Source of the DNA: an uncultured Holophaga sp.
GTDB lineage: Bacteria > Acidobacteriota > Holophagae > Holophagales > Holophagaceae
Assembly: GCA_963664825.1 (NCBI GenBank)
Contig: OY761614.1
Span: forward strand, 768,001-832,000
Length of the DNA stretch: 64,000 bases
Direction: 5' to 3'
Shown here in pieces: positions 1 through 9,449 of the stretch (the first letter of the stretch is position 1; every line of letters begins with the position of its first letter). The translations under genes and the position numbers were made by a program. The notes below the pieces were generated by a model. It searched no databases, was not told where the DNA came from, and saw only the letters and a list, made by a program, of their open reading frames with translations.

Positions 1-2583
1 CGGGACCTCGACGACAACGTGGTGATCGTCTGCTCCATCGAGAATATCGACCCCATGGGCATCCACACCGGGGATAGCCTCACGGTGGCCCCGGCCCTGA
101 CCCTCACGGATCCCGAGTACCAGCGCATGCGCGAGGCCGCCAAGGCCGTCATCCGGGGCGTGGGCGTGGAGACCGGGGGCAGCAACGTGCAGTTCGCCCT
201 GCATCAGGAGACAGGCCGCCTCATCGTGGTGGAGATGAACCCGCGGGTGAGCCGCAGTTCGGCCCTGGCCAGCAAGGCCACGGGCTTCCCCATCGCCTGG
301 GTAGCCACGAAACTGGCCCTGGGCTACCGACTCTGGGAGCTGCCCAATGTCATCACGGGCCGGACCAAGGCCGCCTTCGAGCCGGTGCTGGACTACGTGG
401 TGGTGAAGGTGCCGCGCTTCACGTTCGAGAAGTTCCCCCAGGCCGCCGCCGTGCTGGGCACCCAGATGAAGAGCGTGGGGGAAGCCATGGCCATCGGGCG
501 GAGCTTCCAGGAGGCCCTTCAGAAGGCCCTGCGCAGCCTGGAGGCGGGCCACGACGGCCTCGCCTGCGCCATGGAGGGAAAGCTGGACCTGACGCGGCTC
601 CGGGAGCACCTGCTCACGGCGGGTCCCGAGCGGATCTTCTGGCTCTATCAGGCCCTGAAGGCGGGCCACACCGTGGAGAATTTGGCGAGGCTCACGGGCC
701 TCAGCCCCTGGTTCCTCCGGGAGATGGAGGAGATCGCCATCCTGGAAGGCCATCTGCGAGGCTTCAGCCTGGAGCGCCTGCCGGAGGAACTGCTGGAGAA
801 GGCCAAGGGCGCGGGCTTCAGCGATGGCCAGATCGCCTCCTGCTGCGGCGCCCTCGAAGGCGAAGTCGCCAGCCTACGGGAAGCCCTCGGCCTGCACTCG
901 GTCACCAAGCGGGTGGATACCTGCGCCGGGGAATTCGAGGCCGAGACGCCCTACCTCTATCAGACTTGGGAACGGGATTCCGGAGCCCCCTCAGAGGCCC
1001 CGCCCACGTCGCGTCCCAAGGCCATCGTGCTGGGCTCGGGTCCCAATCGCATCGGCCAGGGTGTGGAATTCGATTGCTGCTGCGTGCAGGCGGTGGAGGC
1101 CATCCGCGTCAGCGGCGTCGAGGCCATCCTCATCAACTGCAATCCCGAGACTGTGAGCACGGATTTCGACACGGCCGATCGCCTCTACTTCGAACCCCTC
1201 AGCTTCGAACACGTGAAGGCCATCGTGGACAGGGAGGCCGGAGCAGGGAGGCTCCTGGGTGTCTTCACCCAATTCGGCGGCCAGACGCCCCTGAAGCTGG
1301 CGGGCCAGCTGGAGGCCGCAGGTGTTCCCCTCCTGGGCACGCCGCACCGGACCATCCTGGAGGCCGAGGACCGGGACCGCTTCGGACAGATCCTGTCCCG
1401 ACTGGGCATCCCCGCGGCCGAATGGGGCATGGCCTCCAGCCTCCAGCAGGCCCGGGAGATCGCCCACCGCATCGGATACCCCGTGATGGTGCGGCCCAGC
1501 TTCGTCCTGGGGGGGCGCGCCATGGCGGTGGTCTTCGAGGATTCCGGGCTGGAGAAATACGTCCGGGAGGCCGCCGCCGTGGACCCCACCAAGCCCGTCC
1601 TCCTGGACCGCTACCTGGAAGGGGCCCAGGAACTGGATGTGGATCTGGTCTGTGACGGCCAGGATACGGCCATCTGCGGCGTCCTGGCCCACATCGAGGA
1701 GGCGGGCATCCATAGCGGGGATAGCTACGCGGTATTCCCTCCCCTGGGCATTGAAGCGGGGCTGCTCGAAACGGTCCAGGCCCATAGCCGCCGCATGGCC
1801 CTGGAGCTGGGCGTGCGGGGCCTGCTGAACTTGCAGTGGGCCCTCAAGGATGGCGTAGCCTACTGCCTGGAGGCCAACCCGAGGGCCAGCCGCACGGTGC
1901 CCTTCATCAGCAAGGCCACGGGCGTCGACTGGGCGGGCATCGCCGCCCGCATCGGCCTGGGACAGTCCCTGTCGGACCAGGCCGTGACCGATGGGGTGGC
2001 CCTGGCCGTGGCCGTGAAGGGCGTGGTATTTCCCTTCGCCAAGTTCCCGGGGGTGGACCCAGTGCTGGGACCGGAGATGAAGAGCACGGGGGAGGTCATG
2101 GGCATCGGCCGGACGTTTGGCGAGGCCGCCGCCAAGGCCCTGCTGGCCGCGGGCATTCCCCTGCCCCTGCACGGATCGGTCTTCCTCTCCGTGGCCGACG
2201 CCGACAAGGCCAGGCTGCCGGAACTGGCCCAGCGCCTGAGCGGCCTGGGCTTCGGACTCTGCGCCACGGAAGGCACGGCGCGCCACTTGGAGACCACCCT
2301 GGGCTTGAAGGTGCGGCGCATCAACAAGGTGGCCGAAGGGCGCCCCCACGCGGTCGATCTCCTGAAGAACGGCGAGATCCAGTGGGTCATCAATACGCCC
2401 CAGGGCCGAGAGGCCCACCAAGATAAGGGGGCGATTCGCCGGGAGGCCCTGCGCCTCGGTATCCCCTGCCTCACCAACCTCAACGCCGCCCTCGCTGCCT
2501 GCGAGGCCGTGGAAACCCTACGCGGGGAGGTGTGCGTGAGGAGCCTGCAGGAGCTGGGCCCAGAATCCATGGGCCGCCACTGA
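1..2583 (+). CDS. carB: Carbamoyl-phosphate synthase large subunit (5' end lies before the window)
   Basis: Frame open from base 1; two ATP-grasp halves ([64 protein letters not shown]) and a C-terminal MGS-like domain (ATEGTA, VINTP). Confidence 0.97.
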   Translation, partial: RDLDDNVVIVCSIENIDPMGIHTGDSLTVAPALTLTDPEYQRMREAAKAVIRGVGVETGGSNVQFALHQETGRLIVVEMNPRVSRSSALASKATGFPIAWVATKLALGYRLWELPNVITGRTKAAFEPVLDYVVVKVPRFTFEKFPQAAAVLGTQMKSVGEAMAIGRSFQEALQKALRSLEAGHDGLACAMEGKLDLTRLREHLLTAGPERIFWLYQALKAGHTVENLARLTGLSPWFLREMEEIAILEGHLRGFSLERLPEELLEKAKGAGFSDGQIASCCGALEGEVASLREALGLHSVTKRVDTCAGEFEAETPYLYQTWERDSGAPSEAPPTSRPKAIVLGSGPNRIGQGVEFDCCCVQAVEAIRVSGVEAILINCNPETVSTDFDTADRLYFEPLSFEHVKAIVDREAGAGRLLGVFTQFGGQTPLKLAGQLEAAGVPLLGTPHRTILEAEDRDRFGQILSRLGIPAAEWGMASSLQQAREIAHRIGYPVMVRPSFVLGGRAMAVVFEDSGLEKYVREAAAVDPTKPVLLDRYLEGAQELDVDLVCDGQDTAICGVLAHIEEAGIHSGDSYAVFPPLGIEAGLLETVQAHSRRMALELGVRGLLNLQWALKDGVAYCLEANPRASRTVPFISKATGVDWAGIAARIGLGQSLSDQAVTDGVALAVAVKGVVFPFAKFPGVDPVLGPEMKSTGEVMGIGRTFGEAAAKALLAAGIPLPLHGSVFLSVADADKARLPELAQRLSGLGFGLCATEGTARHLETTLGLKVRRINKVAEGRPHAVDLLKNGEIQWVINTPQGREAHQDKGAIRREALRLGIPCLTNLNAALAACEAVETLRGEVCVRSLQELGPESMGRH

Positions 2584-2623
2584 TCGCACAAGCTCCCGCT
2601 ATCATCTTCCCCGTGGAGGTCCC

Positions 2624-3520
2624 ATGTCTCGCATCCCTTCCCCACGCCTCTTGCTGCTTCCCTGGCTTCTCATGGGCGCCCTCTGGGCCGAGGGGCCTGC
2701 CGGATTTCACCGGACCCGGGTGGGCACCCTGGAGATCACGGCCCTGCTGGATGGGGAAATGCAGCTCCCCCCTTCCCTCCTCAAGAGCATCGCCGCCGAG
2801 GACCTGGAACGGATGCTGGGAGGCAAGGAAGGCGTCCCGACTCCCGTGAACGCCTTCCTGGTGCGGACGGGCCAGCACCTCGTGCTGGTGGATGCGGGGA
2901 AGAACGCGGCCATGGATCCGAGCATGGGCCACATCCTGGCCCGGCTGAAGGAGGCCTGGGTGGACCCTGCCGCCATCGAAGCCGTCCTCCTCACCCACCT
3001 CCACGGGGATCATGTGGGGGGGCTCATCACAGCCGATGGCCGACGGGCCTTCCCCAACGCCGTCGTGCGGGTGGCCCAGGCCGAGCATGACTACTGGATG
3101 GGCACCGCCCTCCCCAAGAGCTACGGCCCCATGATCGCCATGATCAAGGCGGCCCTCGCCCCCTACCAGGAGGCGGGAGCCTACAAGCCCTTCACCCCCC
3201 AGGAGACCCCCTTCCCAGGCGTTAAGGCCATCTCCGCCCCGGGCCACACGCCGGGCCATACGGTCTACGCCTTCGGCCAGGGAGCCCACACCTTCTGGGC
3301 CATCGGCGATCTCGTCCACTTCGGCAAGGTGCAGTTCCAGCGCCCGGAGGCCACCGTGACCTTCGATACCAACCAACCTCAGGCCGCGAAGGCCCGCCTC
3401 GCCTGCTGGACCCTGGCCGCCCAGAAGGGCATCGTCCTGGGCGGGGCCCATCTGGCCTTCCCGGGCCTGGGCCAGGTGAGGGCCACGGGCAAGGCCTTCG
3501 CCTGGGCGCCCCTGCCCTGA
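2624..3520 (+). CDS. Secreted MBL-fold metallo-hydrolase (organophosphate hydrolase/lactonase-like)
   Basis: Signal-peptide-like N-terminus; THLHGDHVGG, PGHTPGH, GDLVH and GAHLAFPG motifs; GGAGG RBS. Confidence 0.85.
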   Translation: MSRIPSPRLLLLPWLLMGALWAEGPAGFHRTRVGTLEITALLDGEMQLPPSLLKSIAAEDLERMLGGKEGVPTPVNAFLVRTGQHLVLVDAGKNAAMDPSMGHILARLKEAWVDPAAIEAVLLTHLHGDHVGGLITADGRRAFPNAVVRVAQAEHDYWMGTALPKSYGPMIAMIKAALAPYQEAGAYKPFTPQETPFPGVKAISAPGHTPGHTVYAFGQGAHTFWAIGDLVHFGKVQFQRPEATVTFDTNQPQAAKARLACWTLAAQKGIVLGGAHLAFPGLGQVRATGKAFAWAPLP

Positions 3521-3692
3521 AAAGGGATGGGCCCTTTCGGACTCTGGATCGAAAGCGCCCTCCGGGGGCCCTGGGGTCCAGACTTTTCCTTGGATTTCAA
3601 GCCATCTCCAGGGTAGGCTGGTCGTTCTGCCGGACGCATGTGCCGGGATTCCAGCCCCTATAGGAGGGGGCAACTAAATCGAGGTGGACTGA

Positions 3693-5453
3693 ATGTCCAA
3701 ACTATCTTCTCTCATCAAAGGCAAGGCGACCAAGCAGATGGGCGGTATCACCGTGCTTGATGCCTCGCTGATCGGGGATGAGACCCCTGAAAGCCAGGAA
3801 TTCATGGCCGGACTCCAGGGCGAAACCCGGGCCCTGCGCGAAGAACAGGTCGTGCGTGGCGTGGTGGTCGAGATCCGCGGCAAGGATGTCATCGTCGACA
3901 TCGGCTACAAGGGTTCGGGCACGGTCAATATCGATGAGTTCAATAACCCCGATGGCACCCAGGGTGTCCAGGTGGGTGAGGTCGTCGAAGTTCTCGTCGA
4001 GCATCTCGAGGACGCCAACGGTAACGTGCGCCTCTCCCGCGACCGCGCCGAGAAGATGAAGATCTGGGACGAAGTGGAGAAGGCCTTCAAGGCCAACCTC
4101 ACGGTCCACGGCGTCGTCCTCGAGAAGGTCAAGGGCGGTCTGGCTGTCGATATCGGCATCCGCGCCTTCCTGCCCGGCAGCCAGGTGGACACCAAGCCCG
4201 TCCGCAATCTGGATCCCTTCCTCGGCAAGTCCTTCGATATGAAGGTCATCAAGGTCAATCGCCGCCGGGGCAATATCGTGCTGTCCCGCAAGCTCTTCCT
4301 GGAGACCATCAACGCTTCCCTCAAGGAAGAGACGCTGGCTGGCCTGGAAGAAGGCAAGCTGGTCGAAGGCCAGGTCAAGAACATCACCGAATACGGCGCC
4401 TTCATCGATCTGGGCGGCGTGGACGGTCTGCTCCACATCACCGATATGTCCTGGGGCCGCCTGAACCACCCCAGCGAGATGTTCCAGGTGGGCGACAAGG
4501 TCGAAGTCGCCATCCTGAAATACGACAAGGAGACCGAGCGCGTCAGCCTCGGCTACAAGCAGAAGTTCCCGGATCCCTGGCTCACGGTCGAGGAGCGCTT
4601 CCCCGTCCAGGCCACCGTCAAGGGCAAGGTCGTCTCCATCACCGACTACGGCGCCTTCGTGGAGCTGGAACCCGGCGTCGAGGGCCTTGTGCATGTCTCC
4701 GAGATGAGCTGGACCAAGAAGGTCAAGTCCGCCAAGGGCATGGTCAATCTGGGCGACCAGGTCGAAGCCATCATCCTGGCCGTGGACACGGACAACCGCC
4801 GCATCTCCCTGGGCATGAAGCAGATCACCCCCAACCCCTGGATGGCCATCGCCGAGAAGTACGTCCCCGGCCAGATCGTGACGGGCACCGTGCGCAATAT
4901 CACGGAGTTCGGCGCCTTCGTCGAACTGGAAGAGGGCATCGACGGCCTGATCCATGTCTCCGACTTCAGCTGGACCAAGAAGATCAAGCACCCCGGCGAA
5001 ATCGTCAAGAAGGGCGACCAGGTCACAGCCAAGGTCCTGAGCCTGGATCCCCTCCAGCAGCGCATGAGCCTGGGCGTGAAGCACATGGAGCCCAATGTCT
5101 GGGAGATCTTCTTCGAGCAGCATCATGTGGGCGCCGTCATCAACGGCAAGATCGCCCGCATCACCGATTTCGGTGCCTTCGTCGATCTCGGAGACGGCAT
5201 CGAGGGCCTGGTGCACGTGAGCGAAATCGCCCGCAAGCGCGTCGAGGACATCCAGAAGGAATTCGCCGTGGGCCAGGAGCTGACGATGAAGATCGTCAAG
5301 CTGGATCCCACCGAGCACCGCATCGGCCTCTCCGTGAAGCAGTGTGAGATGGACGCCGAGCGTGGCGAGATTGACGAAGCCAAGGCCAAGATGGAGCCCT
5401 TCAAGAAGGCGACGCTGGCCGACGCCTTCGCCAAGGCCGAACGCGTCGAGTAG
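3693..5453 (+). CDS. rpsA: 30S ribosomal protein S1
   Basis: Repeated S1 domains (YGAFIDLGGVDGLLHITDMSW, YGAFVELEPGVEGLVHVSEMSW, FGAFVELEEGIDGLIHVSD, FGAFVDLGDGIEGLVHVSE). Confidence 0.97.
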   Translation: MSKLSSLIKGKATKQMGGITVLDASLIGDETPESQEFMAGLQGETRALREEQVVRGVVVEIRGKDVIVDIGYKGSGTVNIDEFNNPDGTQGVQVGEVVEVLVEHLEDANGNVRLSRDRAEKMKIWDEVEKAFKANLTVHGVVLEKVKGGLAVDIGIRAFLPGSQVDTKPVRNLDPFLGKSFDMKVIKVNRRRGNIVLSRKLFLETINASLKEETLAGLEEGKLVEGQVKNITEYGAFIDLGGVDGLLHITDMSWGRLNHPSEMFQVGDKVEVAILKYDKETERVSLGYKQKFPDPWLTVEERFPVQATVKGKVVSITDYGAFVELEPGVEGLVHVSEMSWTKKVKSAKGMVNLGDQVEAIILAVDTDNRRISLGMKQITPNPWMAIAEKYVPGQIVTGTVRNITEFGAFVELEEGIDGLIHVSDFSWTKKIKHPGEIVKKGDQVTAKVLSLDPLQQRMSLGVKHMEPNVWEIFFEQHHVGAVINGKIARITDFGAFVDLGDGIEGLVHVSEIARKRVEDIQKEFAVGQELTMKIVKLDPTEHRIGLSVKQCEMDAERGEIDEAKAKMEPFKKATLADAFAKAERVE

Positions 5454-5473
5454 TGGGTTTCCAACCCCCCGTC

Positions 5474-5495
5474 GAGGCCCCCGCAAGGGGGCCTC
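5474..5495 (+). terminator. GC hairpin downstream of rpsA
   Basis: gaggccccc-GCAA-gggggcctc perfect stem with GNRA loop; no clear U-tract. Confidence 0.5.
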
Positions 5496-5678
5496 TGCAT
5501 AGGGCTCAAAAAAAGTCGCCCTCTTGAAAAAATAATCCGAGACATCCACGGGAAGTCCGATCATCCTAAATAAGGCGATTCAGTTCGGGTCGTCCACCAA
5601 GTACCACCAGCTATGGCGGCTTCTGTCTGGGGAATGCCATAGCGTTAAACTTTCCCAGACGAATCTCAGGGATCCATC

Positions 5679-5882
5679 ATGAATCAAGGCACAGTTAAGT
5701 GGTTCAACGCCGAAAAGGGTTTCGGCTTCATCACCCCTGATGGGGGCGGTGCTGACCTCTTCGTCCATCACACCGCGATCCAGGGCTCTGGCTTCAAGTC
5801 TCTCGACGAGAACCAGCGCGTCAGCTTCGACACGGGTCAGGGCCAGAAGGGTCCTCAGGCGACCAACGTCACCAAGATCTAA
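5679..5882 (+). CDS. cspA: Cold-shock protein (CspA family)
   Basis: 67 aa; [15 protein letters not shown] (RNP1), LFVHHTAI (RNP2), [10 protein letters not shown]. Paralogue letter uncertain. Confidence 0.93.
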   Translation: MNQGTVKWFNAEKGFGFITPDGGGADLFVHHTAIQGSGFKSLDENQRVSFDTGQGQKGPQATNVTKI

Positions 5883-5925
5883 TATTGTTCCCCTCCAGGT
5901 GCTGAAACCTGGAACAGATTTCCAG

Positions 5926-5957
5926 AAAAAGGACCCGCTTCCTGCGGGTCCTTTTTT
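5926..5957 (+). terminator. Intrinsic terminator of the csp gene
   Basis: aaaaa-ggacccgc-ttcct-gcgggtcc-tttttt. Confidence 0.85.
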
Positions 5958-6083
5958 GTATGGATCTGGGTTCGAACGCATAGGGCCTTTCGAATCGCAG
6001 CAAGGCCTCGGCTATGCGAAAGGCACGGTCCCGTGTTGCCAACAGGGATAGGCCACTCTCGGCAGCTCAGGCACCAACCCATA

Positions 6084-6119
6084 ACGAGAAGCGCCCCGCG
6101 GCTGCGGGGCGCTTCTCGT
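6084..6119 (-). terminator. Hairpin downstream of sppA
   Basis: acgagaagcgccccgc-ggct-gcggggcgcttctcgt, 16-bp perfect stem just past the sppA stop. Confidence 0.65.
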
Positions 6120-6136
6120 GGGGGTGAAGGGTCCAG

Positions 6137-7927
6137 CTACTTCAGGTTCAGATCCATGGGCATCCGGGCATAGACGCCCCGGGGATCATTCAGGGTCTGG
6201 AGCATGACGAGGGAGTGCTCGAACTGGGCCTTCAGTGCGCCCACGGGCCCCTGCTTGACGAGCCTGCGGTTCTCGCCCTTATTGAGGGCCTTCAGCAGCT
6301 TCTCCATGGGTTCCTTGGGCGCCTCGGGGGCATCCACGCGGTAGTCCTTCTCGATCTTGGCCAGCTTGGCGGCGCAGGTGATGGCATCCCGCAATCCGCC
6401 CATCTCGTCGACGAGGCCAATCTTGAGGGCGGCCTTGCCGGACCACACGCGGCCCTGGGCGATCTCGGCCACGGCCTCCTTCTTCATCTTCCGCCCCTCG
6501 GCCACCTTGGAGAGGAACTGATCGTAGATGCCATCCACGATGGACTGGATGCGGGCCAATTCCTCCACCGTGCGGGGCCGGGCCAGGGAGGGCGCCGCCA
6601 ACTTGGCGGTCTGGACGCTATCCCAGGTGATGCCGTGTTCGTTGGCCAGCTTCTTCACGTTGGGCAGGGCGCCGAAGACTCCGATGGAACCCGTGATGGT
6701 ATTGGGCTGGGCGAAGATGCGATCAGCGTAGGCGCTGATCCAGTAGCCACCGGAAGCCGCCACGTAGCCCATGGAGACCACCACCGGCTTGCCGGCGGCC
6801 TTCGCCAGAATGATCTCGCGCTGGATGAGCTCAGAGGCCGTGGCGCTGCCGCCGGGGCTATTCACCCGGAAGACGATGGCCTTCACGTTCTTGTCCAGCC
6901 GCAACCCGCGCAGCTCCCGGCTCAGACGATCGCCGCCGATCTGGTTGCCCGCGCCCTCGCCGTCCACGATCTCGCCTTCGGCGTAGACGACGGCGATGCG
7001 CTGCTTGCCCCTGGAGGATTCCCCGGGGATCTTGACGTAGGTATCCATATCGATCTGGGGGAAGTCCTTATCCTTGGCCGCCTTCCCTGAGATTTTCTTC
7101 AGCGCGTCCAGCACCTCGTCGTAGTTGGCGATCCGGTCCACCAGCTTGGCTTGCAGGGCTTCAGGGCTCAGCACCTCCCCCTTCTCGTCGGCCAGCTTCT
7201 GGATGTCCTCAGGCCTAAGGCCACGATCCGAAGCCACGGTGGCCTTCCATTCGTCCCAGATATCGCCCAGGAACATCTGGGTCTGTTCGCGATTCGCATC
7301 GCTCATCTTCTCCAGAAAATAGGGCTCCACCGCGCTCTTGTACTTGCCCACGCGGGTGATCTGCATCTCGATGCCATATTTCTTGAAGGCACCGGCAAAG
7401 AACATGGGCTCGGAGGCGAAGCCCGTCACGTCCACGCCGCCCATGGGGTGGACGTACACGGTGGAGGCCCCCCCGCAGAGGTAGAGATCCTTCTTGGCGT
7501 AGGCCAGGTTGTAGGCGATGACGGGCTTGCCGGACTTCAGCTTGAAATTCTGGATGGCCTCCCGCAGTTCCCGGAGGGCCGCCGGCCCACTGGCATAGCC
7601 CTCGGACTGCACATTGCCGGTGAGGAAAAGGGCGCTGATGGAGGAATCCTTGGCCGCTCGGTCCAGGGCATTGAGGAGCACAGGGAGGGGCGTGCCTTCA
7701 GCCCCGCCGCCCTGCATGGCCTTCTGGATGGCCGCGGCCGGACCGGCATCCTGGGCGGAATCGGGGATGGGCTGGGAGAGATCGAAGACCAGCACGGCCC
7801 TAGAGGGCACCTTCGGGGCGCTGGGCCCCATGGTGGCCACGATCCCGATGAGGAATAGGATCGCAAGCCCCCCGAAGACCACGAGGGCCGTCAGAGATGC
7901 GAAGAACGACTTGAAGAACGCCTTCAT
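6137..7927 (-). CDS. sppA: Signal peptide peptidase SppA (long, two-domain type)
   Basis: Start moved to MKAFFKSFF; N-terminal TM; RVGKYKSAVEP, RVNSPGGS, SMGYVAASGGYWIS, TITGSIGV, AQGRVWSG. Confidence 0.93.
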   Translation of the reverse strand: MKAFFKSFFASLTALVVFGGLAILFLIGIVATMGPSAPKVPSRAVLVFDLSQPIPDSAQDAGPAAAIQKAMQGGGAEGTPLPVLLNALDRAAKDSSISALFLTGNVQSEGYASGPAALRELREAIQNFKLKSGKPVIAYNLAYAKKDLYLCGGASTVYVHPMGGVDVTGFASEPMFFAGAFKKYGIEMQITRVGKYKSAVEPYFLEKMSDANREQTQMFLGDIWDEWKATVASDRGLRPEDIQKLADEKGEVLSPEALQAKLVDRIANYDEVLDALKKISGKAAKDKDFPQIDMDTYVKIPGESSRGKQRIAVVYAEGEIVDGEGAGNQIGGDRLSRELRGLRLDKNVKAIVFRVNSPGGSATASELIQREIILAKAAGKPVVVSMGYVAASGGYWISAYADRIFAQPNTITGSIGVFGALPNVKKLANEHGITWDSVQTAKLAAPSLARPRTVEELARIQSIVDGIYDQFLSKVAEGRKMKKEAVAEIAQGRVWSGKAALKIGLVDEMGGLRDAITCAAKLAKIEKDYRVDAPEAPKEPMEKLLKALNKGENRRLVKQGPVGALKAQFEHSLVMLQTLNDPRGVYARMPMDLNLK

Positions 7928-8034
7928 AGGGGACTCCCTGGTGAGTGGATTCATGATGCCACACCCCCCAGGCCAAGGCCCCACCGGAGCGGTGAATGGA
8001 CGCGTGGAGCCGCCGAACCGTGGGACCATGAGGC

Positions 8035-9351
8035 ATGCGCGAGGATGCACCGATCTCCGTCAAACGCCTGCTGGAGCAGATCAAGGCGAGGCTTGAGCCA
8101 GCCTTCGCCGCGGTCTGCGTGCTGGGCGAGGTGAGCAATTTCAGGGGTTCAGGCCGCCACTGGTACTTCACGCTGAAGGAGGAGGGGGCCACCCTCCCCT
8201 GCGCCGTCTGGGCCGGGCAGCAGCGTTTCCTCAAGCACATCCCCAAGGACGGCCAGCGGGTGGTGCTGAGGGGCAGCCTCAATCTCTATGTGGCTGGGGG
8301 CAGTCTCACGCTGGCCATCACCCATTGCGAGTTGGCCGGCGTGGGCGATCTCCAGGCGCGTCTGCGGCAGTTGGAGGCGGAACTGCGCCTGGAGGGCGCC
8401 TTCGATCACCCCAAGCGGCCCCTGCCCCGTTTCCCGAAGCGCCTGGGCGTCATCGCCGCCCTGGGCGGCGCGGCCCTGAGGGATGTGCTGGAAGTGACCC
8501 AGCGCCGGGCTCCGGGCATCGATCTCCTCATCGCCCCGGCCTCGGCCCAGGGCTCCAATTGCGTGCCCGAGAACCTGCTGGCCCTCCAGGAACTCCAGGA
8601 CGAGTTCTGGGGCTGCGAGGCGATCCTGATGGTGCGGGGAGGCGGCAGCCTGGAGGATCTCTGGGGCTTCAATGATCCCGAACTCGTGCGGGCGGTGGCC
8701 ACCTGCCGCATCCCCATCATCACCGGCGTAGGCCACGAGATCGACACCACCCTGGTGGATCTGGCCTCGGATCGACGGGCCGCCACTCCCAGCCAAGGGG
8801 CCGAACTGGCCACACCGGATCGCCAGGAACTGTCCAGTGAGCGGAAGCGGCGCACCGAGGCCCTGGTAGCCAAGATGGATTGGCGACTGCGGGGACTCGA
8901 GACCACCCTGAACCTCCTGGTGGATCGCAGCCTCCTGCGCTGCGCCCCGGGCCTCGCCCCCCAGGAGCGCCTCGGCCAGCTCTCCCAGCGCCTGCATCTG
9001 GCCCACCCCCAGCGCCGCCTGGACCAGGCCACGCACCGCCTGGCCCTCTTGCGCCAGCGCCTGTCCCACACCTCGGCCCTCACGGCCGGGGAAGCCGATC
9101 TCGCCCGCATCCACCAGGCTCAGCAGCGCCTGGGCCCGGCCGCCACCTACGCCCTGGAGAACCGCACCCACCGCCTCGCCCTGCTGAGCGCCCGCCTGGG
9201 AGGGCTGGATCCCACGGGCCCCCTGGGGCGGGGCTTCGTCTTGGCCACCGACGCACAGGGCAGGCCCGTCACATCCTCCAGGACCTTGGCCCCCGGCGCC
9301 GATCTGGAACTGCGCTGGAAGGACGGTGCGCGGAAGGCGGCACTGGAATAG
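8035..9351 (+). CDS. xseA: Exodeoxyribonuclease VII large subunit
   Basis: GEVSNF..SGRHWYFTLK OB fold; RGGGSLEDLWGFN; ITGVGHEIDTTLVDLASDRRAATPS. Confidence 0.95.
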   Translation: MREDAPISVKRLLEQIKARLEPAFAAVCVLGEVSNFRGSGRHWYFTLKEEGATLPCAVWAGQQRFLKHIPKDGQRVVLRGSLNLYVAGGSLTLAITHCELAGVGDLQARLRQLEAELRLEGAFDHPKRPLPRFPKRLGVIAALGGAALRDVLEVTQRRAPGIDLLIAPASAQGSNCVPENLLALQELQDEFWGCEAILMVRGGGSLEDLWGFNDPELVRAVATCRIPIITGVGHEIDTTLVDLASDRRAATPSQGAELATPDRQELSSERKRRTEALVAKMDWRLRGLETTLNLLVDRSLLRCAPGLAPQERLGQLSQRLHLAHPQRRLDQATHRLALLRQRLSHTSALTAGEADLARIHQAQQRLGPAATYALENRTHRLALLSARLGGLDPTGPLGRGFVLATDAQGRPVTSSRTLAPGADLELRWKDGARKAALE

Positions 9352-9449
9352 GACCCAAAGCCTGTCCACCTGGGAAAGCTCCAGACGATCCTGTAAAAGC
9401 GCCTCAGCACCGCAGGGCCACGTTCGCCGTGGCCCTGCGGGTTTCCCAT

